Assembly: GCF_001194135.2 (NCBI RefSeq)
Contig: NC_068986.1
Coordinates: 95,746,435-95,810,434 of the forward strand
DNA length: 64,000 nucleotides
Origin: Octopus bimaculoides
Taxonomy: Eukaryota
Direction of reading: 5' to 3'
Made by a program: the position numbers and the translations under genes. Positions 55,920 to 64,000 of this stretch are shown one piece after another. Below the pieces are notes generated by a model. It made no database searches. It saw only the letters and a list, made by a program, of their open reading frames with translations, and was not told the DNA's origin. Within the stretch, counting starts at the first letter, position 1, and each line of letters opens with the position of its first letter.

Positions 55920-57478
55920 TATACACATACATACATATATATATGTATATTTAAAGCAAGGAGGGATTAGATAATCCAAGTGTTCACTTAAGAAGCACTC
56001 ACACAACCTGCAGCTATCTGAAATTGTCTGAAGGAAAATGTCTCCCATGGAAACTTTAAGTGTCAATCAAACAGAAAATTCCATATTGCTTACTCCTGTC
56101 TCAGAGTCTAAATAGACTCCACTATTGACTCATTTGTTATTATTATGGTAGCAAGCTGGCAGAATCATTAAGCACACTGAGCAAAAATACTTAGAGGCAT
56201 TTCACCTATCTTAATGTTCTGAGTTCAGATTCCACTGAGATCAACTTTGCCTTTCATCCCTTAAAATAAGTACCAGTAGAGCACTGGAGGACGATGCAAT
56301 CAACTTACTCCACTCTTCCGAAATTCCTGGCCTTGTAGCAAAATTTGAAATCATTTTATATATATCTGTATATATATATATATTATCGTCATTTAACTTT
56401 CCTTTTTCTATACTGGTATGGGTTGGATGGTTCTACATGAACTGATGAAACAGAGGGCTGTGCCAAGCTCTGATGTCTGCTCTGGCATGGTTTCTATAGC
56501 TGGATGCCCCTCCTTACACCAGAGTGTACTGGGTGACTTGTGAGGTCACCCACCATGTACTTGTGGTTGAATAAAGTCATATTACACCAGCTCATCTGGT
56601 CATGAGTTCATATTCACTGCAGGTCTTTTGTTGTTGGGGCAAATGCTTACTGCTGCAGTTCGTCCAGCCGTCAGCTGTATCACATCATCTGAGAATGTTC
56701 CCTGCCATTGGCTAGTGACTTGTCCTTTGGAGAAATACAACTCTCACCTTTCTTAATGCCTTAGAGCCTGATGGAAGATACAAGTGATTCTTTCCTGCAT
56801 TTATCATGCCATCTCATTGGTTTGTGAAGACTATAACTTCTGTGAGTAAACTTGGTAGATGGAAACTAAAAGAAGCTTATTATATCATCATCATTGTTTT
56901 AATGTCCACATTTTCATACCTGCATGGATCAGGAGTTTATTGAGGTAAATTTTCTGTGCCCAGATATCTATCCTGTCGTCAATTGTCACCTGTTCTCAAG
57001 TAAGATAATATTTTCCTATGGCCAGATATGTTCTTACAGGATCATCATCATCATCATCATCGTTTAATGTCCGCTTTCCATGCTAGCATGGGTTGGACGA
57101 TTTGACTGAGGACTGGTGAAACCGGATGGCAACACCAGGCTCCAATCTAATTTGGCAGAGTTTCTACAGCTGGATGCCCTTCCTAATGCCAACCACTCAG
57201 AGAGTGTAGTGGGTGCTTTATTGATGTTGCTTGTATGATAGTGACAATCGTTTTACAACTGTCATGCCAATGTCAAGACAAGGGAGACATATACACTCAC
57301 ACACACACAGACATACATATAAACAACAGGTTTTTTCAATTTCCGTCTACGAGATCTACTCACTAGGCTTTTGTCAGCCCAAGGCTATAGTTGAAGACAC
57401 TAGCCCAAAATGCCACGCAATGGGACTGAATCTGGAACCATGTGGTTGGGAAGCAAGTTTCTTATCACACAGTCATGC

Positions 57479-57524
<46 letters not shown>

Positions 57525-57534
57525 NNNNNNNNNN

Positions 57535-57577
<43 letters not shown>

Positions 57578-59129
57578 ATGCATGAATGTGTGTGTGTATG
57601 TGCACATGTGTATTTCCTTGTCTGAACATAAAACAATTGTTTTAAATGAGTGTCACTATCTTATAAGTAGTGCCATTCATTTCCAGTCTTCTATGAAAGC
57701 ATGTCCAGCCTTGGGGAAATATTTATTACTTTACTTTGAAACTGGTAGATTGGCAATAGGAAGGAAGATCACCTGGCCATAGAATATCTGCCTCAACAAA
57801 TTCTGTCCTATCCATGCAAGCGTGGAAAACTGGACATTAAAACAATAATAAGCATTACCTCTTCTCTCTTGACTCGTATCTAAAATTAAACAAAACGATG
57901 AATGATTTGCATTACACCCTTCACAACAACCCAGTGTGTAACTCCATGTACCCACATATTTATACTCTACCACTGACTACACTCTCGGAGTGGTTGGTGT
58001 TAGGAAGGGCATCCAGCTGTAGAAACTCTGCCAAATCAGATTGGAGCCTGGTCCAGCCATCTGGTTCGCCAGTCCTCAGTCAAATCGTCCAACCCATGCT
58101 AGCATGGAAAGCGGATGTTAAACGATGATGATGATGATGATGATGATGACTACAAATAGAGCAGAAGCTTTTATGTAGTGATTCAACTGGCTAGAAATAA
58201 CTGTCGAATATCCTTTAATTTACATGTTATCAAATTTAAAAAAAAAAAAAAGAAAACACAAAAAGGATACATTGGACAATGTAGTCCTAGATATACTACA
58301 TCAGAATATGAATGGGAAGATAACTGCAGCAATGCCTCCATAAGGGCTGACCTGGAGTTAAACAACAACATGATTGATTGTCCTCAAGGGTTAGATACAA
58401 AAGTATGTGTGTGAAGTGTTTATTTACCCACACCTACATACATTGTCAGGTGGCGTTTCTTTAATTCGCCTTATCTTTGTTTTAAGCATCTGTGATTACC
58501 AGTAGTAACAACTTTGATGATGATGATTACAATAAATAAACCATGTTGTTAGTTACTTTAGAGTTAGGCACAAAGCCAGCTTTGATGGTGTCCAGGAAAT
58601 AATAATGCTTCCGGTCATTGAGCTACGTGCCTCGCTACACATGAAACAAACACACACACACACACAACATAACCCTGAAGGGAAAAAAGCTGAAGTTCGC
58701 CATGGTAGTATTTGAACTCACTGACATGAGACATCAAAGTGATTAGGTTTGATATGGAATACAGTCTACTTACTGCAGCAGTAGTAGTAGTAGTAGTGAT
58801 GGTGGTTGTAGTGGTTATAGCAATAGTACTGTGATGGTGGTAGTGGTGATGATTATGGAAATGGTATTGATGATGTTAGTGGTTGTTGTAGTAGTATTAG
58901 GTGTTGGTGGTAATAGTATAAGTTATGGTGGTGTTGTAAAGAATGATGTTGATACATGTTTTTAATAAGATATGGAAAAGAATCTGAATACTGTAAGGCA
59001 TTTAGTCTGGTGCTGTACCATTTCTGCCACTAGTTAGAGGAATTTATTATAAGAAAAAGAAGAATCATAAATTTTGGCAAAAGGCCACTAGTTTTTTAGG
59101 GGGAGGTGATGATGTTAATAATGATGATG

Positions 59130-59700
59130 AAGATGATGATGATGCAGTACCAGGCAGTGGTTCTTATGGCTTCTAATCTTAACTGATTGGAAGTATTAAC
59201 ATGTACATGTTTTGCCTTGGTGAAAAAAATGGGTTGCGGTAAATACTTTGCTCAGTACCATAGATTTGCTTGTCAGATGCTTGACCATAACCAGTTGGGC
59301 ATGTCCCTTAGTGGCTGACGATATGTGCATTTCTGATCACAAGCAGAAGTAGTGGGGGAGCATCGTAGCCATGTGTTGAGAGGAATTCTTTGGGGTTTGG
59401 ATAATTCACCTTTGGAAACATGGGTGTTTTCTTCATCATCCTTAAACCACCCTCATCCAGGGACCTTTTGAGTGGGATGGGCTACTCAACCTGAAGACAA
59501 TTCTGACTGGGCCCCACCTGCAAGCTCATGCACTGTTTATTTTGATATGAGATCACCATGTCGCGCATATATGGTTGTGATGCATGTGCCTGGTGTACCC
59601 TTATAAGGCAGGTAGTCATGATAGGCAAATTGGACATATTCTCACTTTGATGGCATGATAGGCAAATTGGACATATTCTCACTTTGATGGCATGCACTGC
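59130..59700 (-). mobile_element. Probable retroposon fragment with (CAT)n tail
   Basis: GC-richer block starting at a (GAT)n tract on plus; contains a perfect 37-bp tandem duplication; family not identified. Confidence 0.4.
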
Positions 59701-59704
59701 TCTC

Positions 59705-60600
59705 CCACTCAATAATAATAATAATGGTTTCAAATTTTGCCACATGGGTAGCCATTTTGGGGGAGGGGACGTGTTAATTACATCTAGTGTTCAACCTGGT
59801 ACTTAATTAATCGATACTGAAAGGATGAAAGGCAAAATCAACCTCAGTGGAATTTGAACTCAGAATGTAGTGGCAGACGAAATACTGCTAAGCATTTCGC
59901 CTGGCATGCTAACAATTCTGCCAGCTTGCTGACCTAATAATAATAATAATAATAATAATCCTTTCTACTATAGACACAGGGCCTGAAATTTGGGGGAGGG
60001 GGATAGTTGGTTACATCAACCCCAGTACTCAACTGGTACTTAATTTATCGACCCTAAAAGGATGAAAGGCAAAGTCGACCTTGGCGGAATTTGAACTCAG
60101 AACCCTAACAATTCTGCCAGCTCACTGCCTTAATAGTAATAATGAGGATGATGGTTTCAAATTTTGGCACAAGACCAACAATTTCAGGGAGGGAGGTAAA
60201 TCGATTACATCAACTCCAGGGCTCAACTGGCACTTGTTTTATCAACCCCAAAACGATGAAAGGCAAAGGGTGGATTTCAGTGGAATTTGAACTCTAAACA
60301 TAAAGGACAATGAAATGCCTCTAAGCATTTTGTCCAGTACAGTAACATTTCTAACAGCTTAATAATAATAATAATCCTTTCTACTAAAGGCACAAGGCCT
60401 AAAATTTGGTGGGAAGGGATTAGTTGATTACATCAACCCCAGTATTTCACTGGTACTTTATTTATCGACCTTGAAAGGATGAAAGGTAAAGTCAAGATAG
60501 GAGGAATTTAAGTGCTCAGAATGTTAAGACAGATGAAATATCACTAAGCATTTTGTATGACGTGCTAATGATTCTACCAGCTCACCACTTCCATTATTAT
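59705..60600 (-). mobile_element. Head-to-tail cluster of the (ATT)n-tailed SINE
   Basis: About four copies or partial copies separated by (AAT)n; another copy near 63490-63930. Confidence 0.8.
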
Positions 60601-61169
60601 CATCATCATTGTTTAATGTCCACTTTCCATGCTAGAATGAGTTGGATGGTTTGACTGAGGACTGGCAAGCCAGGCTGCCCTTCCTAACACCAGCCATTCC
60701 AAGAGTGTAGTGGGTGCTTTTTACATGCCACCAGCATGGGAGCCAGTCAGGGGGCAATTGTTTCAAACTTAGGCACTAGACCAGTGGTTTTGAGTGTTGA
60801 GACAGATCGGTTTCATCAATCCCAGTACTTTATCTTATTGCCCTTGAAGCAAAGTTGACTTCAGCAGGGTTTGAACTTAAAACTTAAATAGCTGAGAGAA
60901 ATACTTCAAAGCATATTTCCAGTGCTCCAACAGTTATGTCATTTCACTGCTCTCAAAAAAGTGATGATATTTGATTTCTTCATATTTTTTTTGGACACAA
61001 GGCCAGCAGTTTTGAGGGTAGGGGTTGCTCAATAATAATAATAATAATAATGATAATAGGTCTTTCAAATTTTGGTTAAAGGCCAGCAGTGTTGGTGTTG
61101 CGGTATGCCTCAGTGTTCAACTGGTACTTATTTTATCAACCCTGAAATGTAAATCGATACTGTTTAAGC

Positions 61170-61414
61170 CCAGTGGTTCTCAACCAAAGTTCATATGGCC
61201 CTTGGGGGTCCATGTAAGATTTTGTTGTTAAAATTTATCTGCAATAAATTGGTTATACTTCCACAATACACAAAGTATTTTAATAATTATTTTTATACAA
61301 TTCCTAATATTATAAAAATATAATAGGATTTTTTTAACATCCAGTGGCTAGGAGGGTCCATCCAAATAAAATAGTAATCAAAGGGCTCCAAAGGTAAAAA
61401 ATGGTAAAACACTG
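61170..61414. mobile_element. hAT MITE
   Basis: CAGTGGTTCTCAACC... / ...GGTAAAACACTG; TSD-like GTTTAAGC / GTTTAACC. Confidence 0.65.
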
Positions 61415-62458
61415 GTTTAACCTTTTACTGATTTTGCCCTCCTAATTATAAGGACTTTCTTTGTAAAGAATTTTGATGACCTTTTTTTTGTACTTCTGAT
61501 GATGACAATATAGTTTTAGAGAGCTCTAGCTATGAATTAAAGCACCAGTAACAATGGCAACATGAACTGTAGTATCAGCAACAATAACATCAATAAAAGC
61601 ATCATTTAACATTATCAGCATTCTAGCCAGCTCTATCATAGTACTAAGTTGAGATAGTGTTGACTACAAGTTATTTTTATTGAGGCCTTTATTGTCTCTT
61701 TCTTNNNNNNNNNNNNNNNNNNNNNNNNNNNNNNNNNNNNNNNNNNNNNNNNNNNNNNNNNNNNNNNNNNNNNNNNNNNNNNNNNNNNNNNNNNNNNTCT
61801 CTCTCTCTTTCTCTCTCTTTTTCACAAATGGCAAAACTGTCTTATATATCTGCTGGCGATATTCTCTCTCTGACACACATACATGCACACAATCACATAT
61901 GCCTGAATGTCCAATATGTATCTATCAAAGTAATAATTATCTCACTACACTGGTGACAATGATATAAATGGAATCAAGGTGAAGAGCTGCAACATTTGTC
62001 ACCAGGGTATCCATCATCTGAGTAATGAAACCCTTATTGATTTTGGTGGTGTGGGGGAAACAGAGTTGTGATGTTCATGACATTTCCAAAACCATTTGTA
62101 GAATAAGGTAAGGAACTGTAATGGAAATTGAACCAGGATATTCTTGATAGCGAAGTGAACTAAGGTAATGTAGAACTAAGTGCCCTATTCCAAATACAGG
62201 TTGAAATAATACCTGCATGGGTTTTGAACTAACTGAAGACCATCTATCTTTTATCATTTTACTTGTTTCAGTCATTAGACTACAGCCATGCTTCAAGAAT
62301 TTTTAGTCAGATGAATTGACCCCAGTACTATTTTTAAGCCTGATACTTATTCTATTGATCACTTCTGCTGAACCACTAAGTTACAGGGATGTAAACACAC
62401 CAACACTGGTTGTCAAGCAGTGATGGGAGACAAACACACACACATTTATATATAACGA

Positions 62459-62735
62459 ACCTCCACCAACTATTCTGCCTTTATATCTGTGCACATCTTT
62501 CAATGCCATAAGGTCTGCAAATCTAACGGAGGCCTCAAAAGACATTTTAAGATCCACAAAGATCAGAACTTAACTGCAACTCTTGGTGGTCCAAATTGGA
62601 TATGCAAACTATGTGGGTGTCTTTTCAACACATTGTCTGGTTTTAAAAAGCCACACCAGATGCTATGATGGATCTACGGTGTAGGTAACAGGAGGTGGTC
62701 AGACTCTGCATAAGGAGTAGACAGCCACCATATAT
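62459..62735 (+). mobile_element. Degenerate double C2H2 zinc-finger segment, probably an RTE-type LINE C-terminus
   Basis: CHKVCKSNGGLKRHFKIH and ICKLCGCLFNTLSGFK with a frameshift at the second His pair; followed by a short UTR and TA-rich tail. Confidence 0.5.
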
Positions 62736-63705
62736 ACACATCCACATACTGGGTTTCTTTGAGTTTCTGTCTACCAGATCCACTCACAAGGCTCTAGTCA
62801 ACCCAAGGCTATATAATAAAAGACACTTGCCTAAGCTATCATGCAGTGGAACTGAACCCAGAACCATGTATTTCGAAGCAAGCTTCTTACCACACAGCCA
62901 CACCACTTTTCTATCTCATTCTTTTCGAAAATGAATTCCACATCAATATATCTTGTTACTGTATTCATTGGATGACATTAACTAAGCGCTCAGCAAATAG
63001 AGTTGAAATACTATAGTAAATGGGTACTCAACTACCTGACCTTAGGCTGTGAGTTCAAACCAGCTACAGGTATTTTGTTAGGCTTCTGGGCAAAATACTT
63101 TGGCCCACATCACCTCTCCACTTATCTGCTGGAAGAATATGTAGCAAATAATCTGGAAACATCAATTGAGTTAGACCTTAATCTCATGAAGTCTTTAAGA
63201 GCTCTTTGGGAATTAGTTGATATTTACAAGTTTGCTCTTTCTGTTCACTGAATAAATACTAAAGGAGATGTTCTAAATTCTCTGGCTTGTATGTAGGGAT
63301 GTAAAAAATAAGATAACTGAAGATGAATGGAAACAGCCTTAAATCTCTAAATTTGAAAGATATACAGAAAAAAATATCTGTGGATAACTAGTGACATCTT
63401 GTATATTGAATCACAAGGGGTTTAAACAGATATTTAAAATATATAGGAAAACATATTTCACTTTCTTGTGGAATGGTAATAATATCAACTGTTTCTAACA
63501 TAAACTCAAGGTCAGAAATTTGTGGAGAGGGATTAGTCAATTACATTGACCCCCAGTACTTGATCAGTACTTTATCTTATTGATATTGAAGGGTTGAAAG
63601 GCAAAATTTATCTCAGCAATTTGAACTGTAAACATAAAGTGCCAGAAGAAATGCTGCATGGTATTTTATTTAATATTCTAATAGTTCTGCTATCCACTGC
63701 TCTTT

Positions 63706-63738
<33 letters not shown>

Positions 63739-64000
63739 AAATAATGTAATAATAATAATGATCCTTTCTTCTATGGGCACAGTTCCTGAAATTTGGGTGA
63801 GGAGCTGGTTGATTACATCGACCCCAATGCACAACTGGTACTTATTTTATTGATCCTGAAAGAATAAAAGGTAGATTTCCCCAGCAGAGTTTGAAGTCAG
63901 ACAGATGAAATGCCACTAAGCATTTTGTCTCAATAAAAGATGGGATGGAACATGTTTACTTGTAGGTCTACTTAACTAATTTGTTATTGTTGTTGGCACT

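Noticed and set aside
63003-63251. 82-aa ORF
   Set aside because: Non-ATG start, no recognisable domain or splice context; probably decayed repeat.

Overview
AT-rich, microsatellite-dense animal genomic DNA with many assembly gaps. The repeat families look to me like those of Octopus (coleoid cephalopod); this is recognition from memory, not a database result. One protein-coding gene is well supported: RNF121, a multi-pass ER/Golgi membrane RING-H2 E3 ligase, on the minus strand. It has 8 coding exons from ATG 51738 to TAA 8293 (990 nt, 329 aa), all junction phases are compatible, and exon 1 is the least certain. Its last two introns are U12-type (minor spliceosome; GTATCCTTT donors with CCTTRAC branch sites). 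The rest is transposon-derived: 5'-truncated RTE LINE 3' ends, CR1-like LINE fragments, at least four tRNA-headed SINE families, two DD37D (maT) Tc1/mariner deletion derivatives, a mariner remnant, and pogo/Tigger-like and hAT MITEs. The most unusual structure is at 13441-13867, inside U12 intron 6: a head-to-head inverted dimer of an element with a tRNA-like (Pol III A/B box) head and a Penelope-type tail carrying a minimal hammerhead-ribozyme motif in each arm. Two long intronic fold-backs (18389-18588 and 27482-27746) and a CpG-rich palindromic minisatellite (1-483) are also notable. Novelty of any of these cannot be established without database searches.
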